Virus record (IMG/VR): IMGVR_UViG_3300027788_001769
Span: 64,001 to 128,000 of that record
Length of the DNA: 64,000 nucleotides
Strand: one strand, 5' to 3'
DNA from: a virus
The notes beneath the pieces were generated by a model. It saw only the letters and a list, made by a program, of their open reading frames with translations, was not told where the DNA came from and made no database searches. Positions within the stretch are counted from its first letter, which is position 1; the number at the start of each line of letters is the position of its first letter. The position numbers and the translations under genes were made by a program. Positions 19,879-28,949 of this stretch are shown here, in pieces.

Positions 19879-20892
19879 ATGAAAATTTTATTAACTGGAA
19901 GCCAAGGATTTATTGGCAGTTACATATGTAACGAATTATTAAAAGAGGGACATCAAGTTGTTGGTGTTGATAATTACTCTAAATATGGTCACGTGGTAAG
20001 ACCACATGATAACCATAAGAACTTTAAATTATATGAAGTAGATGTTTTAAGTGATGAGTTTAATTCTGTGGTGGATGAAGAAAAACCAAACCAGATTATT
20101 GCTGGGGCAGCTATGATTGGTGGAATTTCGTATTTCCATAAATTCGCTTATGATTTATTAGCTACGAATGAAAGGATATTAGCTCAAACATTTGATGCGG
20201 CAATTAAAGGTCATCAGGCCGGTTGGTTAGATAGGATAGTGGTACTTTCAAGTTCTATGGTGTTTGAGGAGACTACGGTTTACCCAACACCTGAAGATGA
20301 AGTAACTAAGTGCCCACCGCCATCATCAACTTACGGATTCCAAAAATTAGCAGTGGAGTACTTCGCTAAAGGAGCTAATGAACAGTATGATTTACCTTAC
20401 ACAATAATACGACCTTTTAATTGTGTTGGTGTTGGTGAGGAGGACTCAATTACTGAACATGCAGTAACAAGTGGAAACATAAAACTTATGATGTCACACG
20501 TTTTACCTGATTTAATCAATAAAATATTAAAAGGACAAGACCCTTTACACGTTTTAGGGTGTGGTGACCAGGTTAGGTGTTACACTAATGGTAAAGATTT
20601 AGCTAGAGGAATTAGAATGGCTATGGAATCAGAAAAAGCTATAAATAATGATTTTAACATATCAACCTCACAAGCTACCAGTGTTCTAGAGTTGGCAGAA
20701 GTAATATGGGGAATTCTAAAACCAGACACCAAATTTAACTATACCTGTGAAACTGGTTATAAATATGACGTACAAAAAAGAGTACCAAATACAGATAAAG
20801 CAAAAGAAATTTTAGGTTTTGAAGCTACAATAGGTTTAGAAGAATCTGTTAGAGAAGTTGTTGAATATATGGTAAAAAAAGAGCACGCATAG
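19879..20892 (+). CDS. NAD-dependent nucleotide-sugar epimerase/dehydratase/decarboxylase (extended SDR)
   Basis: GSQGFIG, SSSMV, YGFQK, IRPFNCVG, GDQVRCY. Confidence 0.85.
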   Translation: MKILLTGSQGFIGSYICNELLKEGHQVVGVDNYSKYGHVVRPHDNHKNFKLYEVDVLSDEFNSVVDEEKPNQIIAGAAMIGGISYFHKFAYDLLATNERILAQTFDAAIKGHQAGWLDRIVVLSSSMVFEETTVYPTPEDEVTKCPPPSSTYGFQKLAVEYFAKGANEQYDLPYTIIRPFNCVGVGEEDSITEHAVTSGNIKLMMSHVLPDLINKILKGQDPLHVLGCGDQVRCYTNGKDLARGIRMAMESEKAINNDFNISTSQATSVLELAEVIWGILKPDTKFNYTCETGYKYDVQKRVPNTDKAKEILGFEATIGLEESVREVVEYMVKKEHA

Positions 20893-20893
20893 A

Positions 20894-21670
20894 ATGATTA
20901 AAGATTTCACACTTATATGGTCCTTTAGAAATAGATATGAACTTTTAGAACGTTCAATACTAACTGCTCATCAAACATGCCCTAAATGGGTTAACTTTTG
21001 TTTAGTAGATGCAGATTCATCAGAAGATACTATTAAGTCTCTTAGAACCTTTTTAAATACCTTAGAAGGGAGAAAAATTAGAGTGTGTGAGTCTTCATAT
21101 AGAAGTAGTTTAGCTGAAGCTTGGAATTTAGGTATGATGTTGGCATCTACACGATATGTGATTTTTGCTAGTTCAGACATAGAGTTTTTAAAAGAGGAAT
21201 GGTTTAGTGAGCTTTACAGTAATATTGGTGAGGGAATGGAGTATGTTATGTTAGAAAATCATTCGGTTTTTGCGTTAGATAAAAATGTGATTCCAAAAAT
21301 GGGTTGGTTTGATGAAGGTTTTAAAATAGGTCCACATTTCGATACAGATTTTATGGTACGTGGTTCCGAACATGGTGTAAAAATGAGGGTACTCTACCCA
21401 AAGGAAATTCTTTATAGTCATAACGCTTCTGATGATGAATCCACTAAGTCACATCAAGACATTGACGTGAAAGAAAGACAAAAAATGGACTTACCAGATA
21501 GACTACCTATGAATGACCCCTTTAATGAAAATTATTTTAAAGAAAAATGGATGTCAGCCTGGAATGGTTGGTCTGAGGGTGTACACCCACCTAACCACAT
21601 CAATCAAGCAAAAAGAATGATAGAAGAAAAAGACCCTCATCCACTATACTCCAAAAAGTACATTTACTAA
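20894..21670 (+). CDS. glycosyltransferase family 2-like
   Basis: FRNR, LVDADSS, AWNLG, MGWFDEGF...FDTDF. Confidence 0.7.
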   Translation: MIKDFTLIWSFRNRYELLERSILTAHQTCPKWVNFCLVDADSSEDTIKSLRTFLNTLEGRKIRVCESSYRSSLAEAWNLGMMLASTRYVIFASSDIEFLKEEWFSELYSNIGEGMEYVMLENHSVFALDKNVIPKMGWFDEGFKIGPHFDTDFMVRGSEHGVKMRVLYPKEILYSHNASDDESTKSHQDIDVKERQKMDLPDRLPMNDPFNENYFKEKWMSAWNGWSEGVHPPNHINQAKRMIEEKDPHPLYSKKYIY

Positions 21671-21704
21671 CTTATAAAAATTAGATATTATTAAAAAAAA
21701 AGAT

Positions 21705-22061
21705 ATGATAGGAACAGAACTAGACAAATACATTCAACAAAAAGTAAAAGAAGTTTTGGACAATAATAAATTTCCAGAATATGATGATATCCATAGTGAT
21801 ACTTTTTCAGAATTAATAGACAAATTAACAATAGTCCATATCAGATTATGGTACTTAGAAGACGCGACTAATGAAGAAACAGACCCAAATAAGGTAGCAG
21901 AATTAAAAAGAAAGGCGGACATTACTTTTAAAGAAAAACGTCCTATGCTAGTAAAGTCATTAGATAAAATGATTGTAAATTTATGTAATGGCAAATTTAA
22001 CCCAACAGTAGAAAATCCTAAATTATATAAAGGATATAAAGAAGAAAATGAAACTAAGTAA
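21705..22061 (+). CDS. DUF4254-like helical protein
   Basis: DTFSELIDKLTIVHIRLWYLED motif; apparent paralog at 23016. Confidence 0.5.
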   Translation: MIGTELDKYIQQKVKEVLDNNKFPEYDDIHSDTFSELIDKLTIVHIRLWYLEDATNEETDPNKVAELKRKADITFKEKRPMLVKSLDKMIVNLCNGKFNPTVENPKLYKGYKEENETK

Positions 22062-23019
22062 AGATTCAAAAATATATGTCGCTGGACATAGTGGTTTTTT
22101 GGGTAGTAGATTATACAAGAAATTAATCACTGATGGATACACTAAAGTTTATGCTTTTGATAGAAATGAACTAGACCTTACAAGTCAGGCTGACACTTTA
22201 AATCTATTTAAAGAACATGGTTTTGATTTTCTTTTTATTTGTGCCGCTAAATGTGGTGGCCTACAAGCCAATTTAGATGACCCATACGGTCACTTAATGG
22301 ATAATTTAGAAATACAAAATAGTTTAATAGAAGCATCCATTAAAACAAAAGTTAAAAAAGTTTTATTTATAGGTTCAAACTGTATTTATCCAAAAAATGC
22401 TGAACAACCATTTAAAGAAGAGTGTATGCTAGAGTCACCAGTGGAACCTACAAACGAAGGGTATTCCTTAGCTAAAATCGCTGGTTTAAAATTATGTGAA
22501 TATGCTAATAGACTATACGGTAAAAACCACAATAAAGACTTACATTTAACTAGATTTATTTCTTTAATACCTTGTAACATTTATGGGCCACAGGATGATT
22601 TTGATTTACATAATTCACATGTTATGGCTGCACTAGTTAGAAAATTTGTAGAAGCAACAGAACTAAACTCAAGTAAAGTAGAATTATGGGGTAATGGAAA
22701 TACTAGAAGAGAATTTTTGTATGTTGACGATTTAGTAGATTCTATGATTTGGTCTATGTCTAATTTAGAGTACACTGAAAAGTTTTTAAACGTTGGGTCT
22801 GGAATTGATGTGGACATTTTAACATTATCTAATATTATTAAAGATGTGTGTGGGTTTAAGGGTGAAATAGAGTGTGACCTTTCTAAACCCATGGGAATGG
22901 AAAGAAAATGTTTAGATGTGACAAAAATAAACCATCTTGGTTGGTCTACAAAAACTGACCTAAGACAAGGAATTAAAAATACTGTAGAGTATTATAAAAC
23001 AATTAGTAGTAAGTTATGA
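22048..23019 (+). CDS. fcl: GDP-L-fucose synthase / ColC-like epimerase-reductase
   Basis: AGHSGFLG, AAKCGG, GSNCIYP, EPTNEGYSLAK, PCNIYGP.DDF, SHVMAAL, WG.G..RREFLYVDD. Confidence 0.92.
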   Translation: MKLSKDSKIYVAGHSGFLGSRLYKKLITDGYTKVYAFDRNELDLTSQADTLNLFKEHGFDFLFICAAKCGGLQANLDDPYGHLMDNLEIQNSLIEASIKTKVKKVLFIGSNCIYPKNAEQPFKEECMLESPVEPTNEGYSLAKIAGLKLCEYANRLYGKNHNKDLHLTRFISLIPCNIYGPQDDFDLHNSHVMAALVRKFVEATELNSSKVELWGNGNTRREFLYVDDLVDSMIWSMSNLEYTEKFLNVGSGIDVDILTLSNIIKDVCGFKGEIECDLSKPMGMERKCLDVTKINHLGWSTKTDLRQGIKNTVEYYKTISSKL

Positions 23020-23366
23020 AAATAAGTGATAATATAGAAAATACCATTTTAAATTCTATAGATAACTATGACCAAAGTTATACCTTAGGTAACCCTTTTG
23101 AGGAGTTAATGTCTATGGGTGAATTAGTCGATAGGTTGTCTATTGTTAATTTTAAATTGTATAAATTAAAAGATGAAGTTATGTTACGACCTTCTGATGA
23201 AGAGTTTAAATCTTGGGCATCAGTAGAAGACGTTAAATTAGTTAGAGAAAGAGCTAGATTAAAAAAATGTATAGATGAAAAAGTAATCTCTATGTTTACA
23301 AGATATAAAAGTGGGGATGTCAGTGCTGGTTTTAACCCAGAAGTAAAAAAATATGGAAATGAATAA
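23016..23366 (+). CDS. DUF4254-like helical protein
   Basis: MSMGELVDRLSIVNFKLYKLKD...ERARLKKCID; apparent paralog of 21705. Confidence 0.5.
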   Translation: MKISDNIENTILNSIDNYDQSYTLGNPFEELMSMGELVDRLSIVNFKLYKLKDEVMLRPSDEEFKSWASVEDVKLVRERARLKKCIDEKVISMFTRYKSGDVSAGFNPEVKKYGNE

Positions 23367-24315
23367 AAAAGTATTAGTTGTAGGTGGTGCAGGTTATATA
23401 GGTGGGTTGACTAGTGATACATTAATTAGAAATGGTCACGATGTAACCATATACGATAATTTATTATATGAAAATAGATACCTAAAAGACATTAAATTTA
23501 TACATGGTGATATAAGAGACTATAAAAAATTAACTAAGGTATCAGAGGATTTTGATGTCATTGTTTTAATGGCGGCTTTGGTTGGTGACCCAGCCTGTAG
23601 TGTAGACCAAGAATTAACAGAAGTCATAAACTACAAATCAATTAAAAAAGCATGTGAAAGTATTCCCTTAGATAAACACGTTGTGTTTATGTCCACATGT
23701 TCGGTATATGGAGCACAAGATGGTATTTTAGATGAAAGTAGTGAAACAAACCCACTATCTTCTTATGCTAGCACAAAATTAAAGTCTGAAAAATACGTAA
23801 CCAAAAGAGGTGGGACTATCTTTAGATTAGGCACTGTTTTTGGTTTAGGTGACACTTACAGTAGGTTAAGAATGGATTTGGTAGTTAATGTGTTAACTAT
23901 GAAAGCCTTAAAATACGGAAAAATAAATATTAACGGTGGTGAACAGTGGAGACCAATTATTTCAGTTATTGACATAGCTGAATATATAACTGAAGCATGT
24001 GAAAAAGAGTACGATGGAATCTATGTTTTATCCAAAGAAAACGTTATTATAAAACAGTTAGGGGAACGAGTAGCTAAATTAATACCTAACACAGAAATAA
24101 ATTATAGTAAAATATCTTTTCAAGATGCTAGAAACTATAAAGTAGATAATAGTAAATCACTTAGTACCTTCACTTACCAACCAAGGATAACTGTTGAGGA
24201 CGAAGTGGGACGAATGGTTAAGATGTTTGAGGAGTCTAGGATAAAAGACCCTGAAGACTTAGTTTACCATAATGGTGGTTACTTAACTGAATTAAGAAAA
24301 ACAAAAACTTTTTAA
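23353..24315 (+). CDS. NAD-dependent epimerase/dehydratase (extended SDR)
   Basis: GGAGYIG, AALVGDPAC, STCSVYG, PLSSYASTK, RMDLVVN, GGEQWRP. Confidence 0.88.
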   Translation: MEMNKKVLVVGGAGYIGGLTSDTLIRNGHDVTIYDNLLYENRYLKDIKFIHGDIRDYKKLTKVSEDFDVIVLMAALVGDPACSVDQELTEVINYKSIKKACESIPLDKHVVFMSTCSVYGAQDGILDESSETNPLSSYASTKLKSEKYVTKRGGTIFRLGTVFGLGDTYSRLRMDLVVNVLTMKALKYGKININGGEQWRPIISVIDIAEYITEACEKEYDGIYVLSKENVIIKQLGERVAKLIPNTEINYSKISFQDARNYKVDNSKSLSTFTYQPRITVEDEVGRMVKMFEESRIKDPEDLVYHNGGYLTELRKTKTF

Positions 24316-24735
24316 ATGAAAGATTCAAAAATAATAGGTGGTGGTGTAGTTGTTGACGATAGGGGTTCTGTATCCTTTGTAAACGAGTTTGACTTTGGTG
24401 GGGTTAAAAGATTCTATCAAGTGGAAAATCACAGAAGTGGTTTTATTAGAGCATGGCATGGACATAAACATGAAGGAAAATATGTTTACGTGACCCAAGG
24501 TAGTGCATTAGTAGGTGTAGTAAATATGGATACCGAAAAAATAGAAAAATTTGTGTTGAGTTCTAAAACACCTAAGATTCTATGGATTCCACCTGGACAC
24601 GCTAATGGATTTAAAAATCTTGAAAAGGACACTAAAATTATTTTCTATTCTACCTCTACTCTTGAAGAAAGTATGGGTGACGATATAAGGTTTGAATATG
24701 ATAAATGGAATATTTGGGATGAAGAATATAGATAA
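24316..24735 (+). CDS. RmlC-like cupin sugar epimerase/isomerase
   Basis: DDRG, RAWHGH..E.K, LWIPPGHANGF. Confidence 0.82.
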   Translation: MKDSKIIGGGVVVDDRGSVSFVNEFDFGGVKRFYQVENHRSGFIRAWHGHKHEGKYVYVTQGSALVGVVNMDTEKIEKFVLSSKTPKILWIPPGHANGFKNLEKDTKIIFYSTSTLEESMGDDIRFEYDKWNIWDEEYR

Positions 24736-24736
24736 A

Positions 24737-25540
24737 ATGAAAGTATTTGTTTTGGGCTCTTCTGGAATGTTAGGTAGATATGTCTCAAAGTACCTATCTA
24801 ACTATTATAACGTTATTAATGTTGGTAGGAATGAATTAGACGCTTCTGACATGTGTGGACTATCTTTTTCTACTTTTTTTAAGAATGTATCTGAAGGTGA
24901 TGTCCTAATAAATTGTATGGGTACCATAAAACCCAGAGTAGACGAATTAGGGATTCAAAACGCTTTAACAGTTAACTCCCTATTTCCACATAAATTAGCT
25001 GATAGTTGTGAACAATATGGGGTAAGAATGATACACCCAACAACAGACTGTGTTTTTACTGGGGATAAAGGTGGATACACTGAAGATGATGAACATGATA
25101 TTACAGACATATATGGTAGAACTAAATCGTTAGGTGAACCTAACAATTGTACTTTAATTAGAACTTCTATAATAGGTGAGGAAATATCCACCTCTAGGTC
25201 TCTGGTTGAGTGGGTAAAATCTGAAAAAGGTAATCACATATTTGGATATACTAACCATTACTGGAACGGCATTACTTGTTTACAATTTGCTAAAATTTGT
25301 ACCGAAATGATTAGTAATGATTTATTTTGGACCGGTTGCAGACACATATTCTCCCCAACACCATTTACCAAAAAAGAATTAGTAGAGACTATAAGTAAAC
25401 ACTACGAACTAAACATAAAAGTAACAGCTAAAGATACTTATAAAAAATGTGACAGGACCCTATCAACAAAACTAGATATCGTTATTGAGGTACCTGAACT
25501 AGATAAACAAATAAGTGAAATGAAAAATTTTATATTATGA
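24737..25540 (+). CDS. RmlD-family NDP-4-keto-6-deoxyhexose reductase
   Basis: GSSGMLG, INCMG, NSLFPH, TTDCVF.G, YGRTKSLGE, RTSIIG; start probably MKVFVLG at 24737. Confidence 0.85.
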   Translation: MKVFVLGSSGMLGRYVSKYLSNYYNVINVGRNELDASDMCGLSFSTFFKNVSEGDVLINCMGTIKPRVDELGIQNALTVNSLFPHKLADSCEQYGVRMIHPTTDCVFTGDKGGYTEDDEHDITDIYGRTKSLGEPNNCTLIRTSIIGEEISTSRSLVEWVKSEKGNHIFGYTNHYWNGITCLQFAKICTEMISNDLFWTGCRHIFSPTPFTKKELVETISKHYELNIKVTAKDTYKKCDRTLSTKLDIVIEVPELDKQISEMKNFIL

Positions 25541-26202
25541 TGGCAAAAAACAATTTGGACAAGGCCGCACCAAAAGGGGCAGTTAGATTTTCGATAACTT
25601 TATCGGAAGAACAAAAAAAAGCAAAAGCACAAATTTTAAATCACCCTTACAACTTTGTTGTTGGTAGGGCCGGTAGTGGTAAGACGCTACTAGCTGTTCA
25701 AGTTGCACTGGATATGTTTTTTAAGAAACAAATTAATAGTATTATTATTACTAGACCAACAATATCAACTGAAGACAATGGTTTTTTACCTGGTTCTGAA
25801 CGTGAAAAGATGGAACCGTGGTTAGTACCAATTAGAAGTAATATGAGAAAGGTTTATAATAAACCGGACATATTAGAAAAAATGGAGAGTAGTGAGTCTA
25901 TTGAATTGGTTTCATTGGCTCATTTTAGAGGTAGAACATTTGAGAATGCTGTTGTAATAGTTGACGAATTTCAAAACCTAACAAAAGGGCAATTAGCTAT
26001 GGCTATTGGTAGGTTGGGTAAAAATTCTACGTTAATATTTACCGGGGATTCATACCAGGTAGACCTAAAGGATAAAAATTATTCAGCTATCCACGATTTA
26101 TCAAAAATACAAAACTCAGACTACGTATTTAAAGTGGTTTTAAATGATAGTCATAGGCATGAATCCATAAAAGAATTATTAGAATTATTAAATGGATACT
26201 AA
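25537..26202 (+). CDS. phoH: PhoH-like ATPase
   Basis: GRAGSGKT, TRP, GFLPG..EKMEPW, RGRTF, DEFQN, RLG, GD..QVD. Confidence 0.92.
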   Translation: MMAKNNLDKAAPKGAVRFSITLSEEQKKAKAQILNHPYNFVVGRAGSGKTLLAVQVALDMFFKKQINSIIITRPTISTEDNGFLPGSEREKMEPWLVPIRSNMRKVYNKPDILEKMESSESIELVSLAHFRGRTFENAVVIVDEFQNLTKGQLAMAIGRLGKNSTLIFTGDSYQVDLKDKNYSAIHDLSKIQNSDYVFKVVLNDSHRHESIKELLELLNGY

Positions 26203-26767
26203 AAACATGAAAAGAATTTCTATAAGTATTACTGGTGTCTTAAGAGATATTACAAGTAAATTAATAACTTTAAATAACAAATACAACGAAAGGGAGTTTG
26301 AAGGTGAGTTACCCGATTTAGACTTAGTTAAACATTTAGAGTTTGACTCTGAGGAAGATTTAATTAATTTTATGTATGTGGAATGTCCCCTACAACTTTT
26401 TGGGTACTCTAACGAATTAGAGGAAGGGTCTTTCTACAATTTAAATGAGTTTTACAAAAAATTTAGAGACGAATATGAGATTGTTTTAGTTTCTGAGGAA
26501 ATAGAGAAATCCAAACCAGCTACTCTAGTTTTTCTAGCAAAACATGGTTCGTTAATTGACCGTATAGAATTTTACCCCCTTAATAAATCTGATAAGGTTT
26601 GGGACAAAACGGATATATTTGTTACTAGTGAAGAATTAATATTAAATAAAAAACCAAGTGATAAGACTTCAATAAAATTCAAAAATAAGTATAATAAGGA
26701 TATAAAAAGTGATTTTACAATAAAATCCATAAAGAATCTATCAAAATTAATAGATGAAAATAAATAG
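26192..26767 (+). CDS. 5'(3')-deoxyribonucleotidase-like HAD-fold protein, degenerate motif I
   Basis: MKRISISITGVLRD matches the IGIDIDGVLRD pattern without the Asp residues; KPATL.FLAK, C-terminal YNKD. Confidence 0.5.
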   Translation: MDTKNMKRISISITGVLRDITSKLITLNNKYNEREFEGELPDLDLVKHLEFDSEEDLINFMYVECPLQLFGYSNELEEGSFYNLNEFYKKFRDEYEIVLVSEEIEKSKPATLVFLAKHGSLIDRIEFYPLNKSDKVWDKTDIFVTSEELILNKKPSDKTSIKFKNKYNKDIKSDFTIKSIKNLSKLIDENK

Positions 26768-27065
26768 AAAAGTATTTAATAATAGTTTAAAGAACTTACA
26801 ATTAGATTGTGGTGGAGCAAAAATGACAGTAGATGTACAAGCATTTTTAAACTTAGTCACAATTAACGATAAAGATGAGGAAAATAAATTTGAAATTAAC
26901 GCTCCAAAATATGAGATATATAGACTTATGTTGGAGGTTGTTTTAAGCCACAGTGAAGAGATGGATAACGCTATTAGTTATTTAGCTCTAGAAAAAAAGG
27001 GGTTTGATTTTAAATTAGCGTTTAATACCCTTATCGAAAATAATGTTTTAAAAGAAATAGAATAA
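26754..27065 (+). CDS. hypothetical phage protein
   Basis: 103 aa, translationally coupled; KYEIY..ML...FKLAFNTL. Confidence 0.7.
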   Translation: MKINRKVFNNSLKNLQLDCGGAKMTVDVQAFLNLVTINDKDEENKFEINAPKYEIYRLMLEVVLSHSEEMDNAISYLALEKKGFDFKLAFNTLIENNVLKEIE

Positions 27066-27067
27066 AA

Positions 27068-28156
27068 ATGAAAGACGAAGAAAAAATTAAAAATTTAGAG
27101 GAATCTCTAAAATTAGTAAAATCCAAAAAAAGTAAAATTTACTTTTTAACACAGGACACACAAGGTGTTCCTAAAGCATCAGTTGCTGTCATTTATGAAT
27201 ACGTTAAGTTATTAAATGATGCTGGTTATGATGCGTCAATCCTACACGAAAAAGACAATTATAAATTTACTGGAGATGAAAACAGTATGGGTCTTTCTGA
27301 CTGGTTAGGTGAGGAGTACTCATCATTACCACATTCGTCTATCGAAAGCCAACAACTTAAGGTTGGGCCTTCTGATTTCCTAATTGTACCTGAGATGTAT
27401 TCTCATGTTATGGAACAAACTGGTGAGATGTTTTGTACTAAAATAGTACTATGTCAATCTTATGATTACATATTCGAAATGTTACAGCCTGGAGCAAGTT
27501 GGGTTAATTTTGGATTTAATAGAGTAATAACAACATCTAGAATTTCTGGTGAGTATATTAGAGGAATGTTCCCTGGAGCAGAAGTATCTATTATACCTAA
27601 CGCTATTTCAGATAAATTTTCTAAGAGTGACTCTCTACAACCACCTGTTATGTTGATACATACTAGGGAACCTAGAGACACTATGAAAATTGTTAAATCT
27701 TTTTACACTAAGTACCCACAATTTAGATGGATAACATTTAGAGATATGAGAGGAATGTCTACGGATGATTTTGCTAATAATATGAAAGAAGCCTGTGGAG
27801 CTGTATGGGTTGATGATATTTCTGGATTTGGTACTTTCCCACTAGAGTGTATGAAATCAGGTGTTCCAGTAATAGGTAAAATACCTAACTTAAAACCAGA
27901 ATGGTTAGAAGAGGACAATGGTTTTTGGACTTACGATTTTAACTCTATGGTAGATGTTATTAACGCTTTTGTTAAAACTTGGTTGGAGGATTCAGTACCT
28001 GAAACTTTATATGAAAAAATGGATGAAACAGTAGCAAAATATGATAGCACAACTCAAAGCGAAATGTTATTAGAGTATTTTGGTTCACTTTTCCAGGAAA
28101 AAGAAACTGACATATCAAATGCTTTGAATAAATTTACAGAAAAAGAAGAAAAATAA
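27068..28156 (+). CDS. glycosyltransferase GT4-like
   Basis: DFLIVPE, IPNAI, SGFGTFPLECMKSGVPVIG. Confidence 0.78.
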   Translation: MKDEEKIKNLEESLKLVKSKKSKIYFLTQDTQGVPKASVAVIYEYVKLLNDAGYDASILHEKDNYKFTGDENSMGLSDWLGEEYSSLPHSSIESQQLKVGPSDFLIVPEMYSHVMEQTGEMFCTKIVLCQSYDYIFEMLQPGASWVNFGFNRVITTSRISGEYIRGMFPGAEVSIIPNAISDKFSKSDSLQPPVMLIHTREPRDTMKIVKSFYTKYPQFRWITFRDMRGMSTDDFANNMKEACGAVWVDDISGFGTFPLECMKSGVPVIGKIPNLKPEWLEEDNGFWTYDFNSMVDVINAFVKTWLEDSVPETLYEKMDETVAKYDSTTQSEMLLEYFGSLFQEKETDISNALNKFTEKEEK

Positions 28157-28157
28157 A

Positions 28158-28949
28158 ATGAATACTATTAGTACAATTATACCAATTAACGAAATGACCC
28201 CTCAATTAGAAGAGTATTTCGGTAAAGCTTTAGAAAGCATTAAAACACAAAAAGTTCCAGTAGATAAAACTTACCTAGTACACACACCACAAGTAAAAGA
28301 CTTTTTAGAAAATTACGACTTCGGTGGTCTAGAAGTTACTTTAGTAGAAAATACAGGAGACAGTCAATTTACTTCACAAATTAATGTGGGTGTAGAAAGT
28401 ATTACCACTGACTGGTTTACAATTCTAGAAATAGACGATGAATTTTCTAACATATGGATAGACAACTTTAAAAAATACGCTAAATCTTATGATGACGTGG
28501 AAGCATTTCTACCAATCGTAGTGGATGTTAATGAAGAAGGTGAATTTTTAAATTTCACTAACGAAGCTGTATGGGCAATGAATTTTAGTGATAAAATGGG
28601 TTACCTAGATAATGGATGCTTATTAAAATACCAAAATTTCCAAACAAGTGGTATCGCATTTAAAAAATCCTCTTTTGAAGAAGTGGGTGGATTTAAACCA
28701 TCTATGAAATTAACATTTGTTTATGAGTTCTTACTAAGAGCTACGTATAACGATAAAAAAATTATGACGATACCTAGAGTAGGTTATAAACACACAAACA
28801 TGAGAGAAAACTCACTTTTTTGGAACTACCGAAACCTTGAACAGGAAATAGTAGTACCTGATGAAGCTAAGTTTTGGATTGATGCGGCTAAGAAAGAATA
28901 TTTTTTCACTACCGATAGAGGTATAAAATACGAGCCAAGTACTGACTAG
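28158..28949 (+). CDS. glycosyltransferase family 2
   Basis: STIIP, QIN.GV..ITTDWFTILEIDDE, VGGFK...YEFLLR. Confidence 0.78.
   Translation: MNTISTIIPINEMTPQLEEYFGKALESIKTQKVPVDKTYLVHTPQVKDFLENYDFGGLEVTLVENTGDSQFTSQINVGVESITTDWFTILEIDDEFSNIWIDNFKKYAKSYDDVEAFLPIVVDVNEEGEFLNFTNEAVWAMNFSDKMGYLDNGCLLKYQNFQTSGIAFKKSSFEEVGGFKPSMKLTFVYEFLLRATYNDKKIMTIPRVGYKHTNMRENSLFWNYRNLEQEIVVPDEAKFWIDAAKKEYFFTTDRGIKYEPSTD

Noticed and set aside
5640-25540. Bacterial O-antigen/capsule island, or a chimeric assembly with host DNA
   Set aside because: No flippase, polymerase or initiating transferase; genes are contiguous and coupled with phage genes (dUTPase, PhoH, sigma) with similar AT-rich composition and no visible junction
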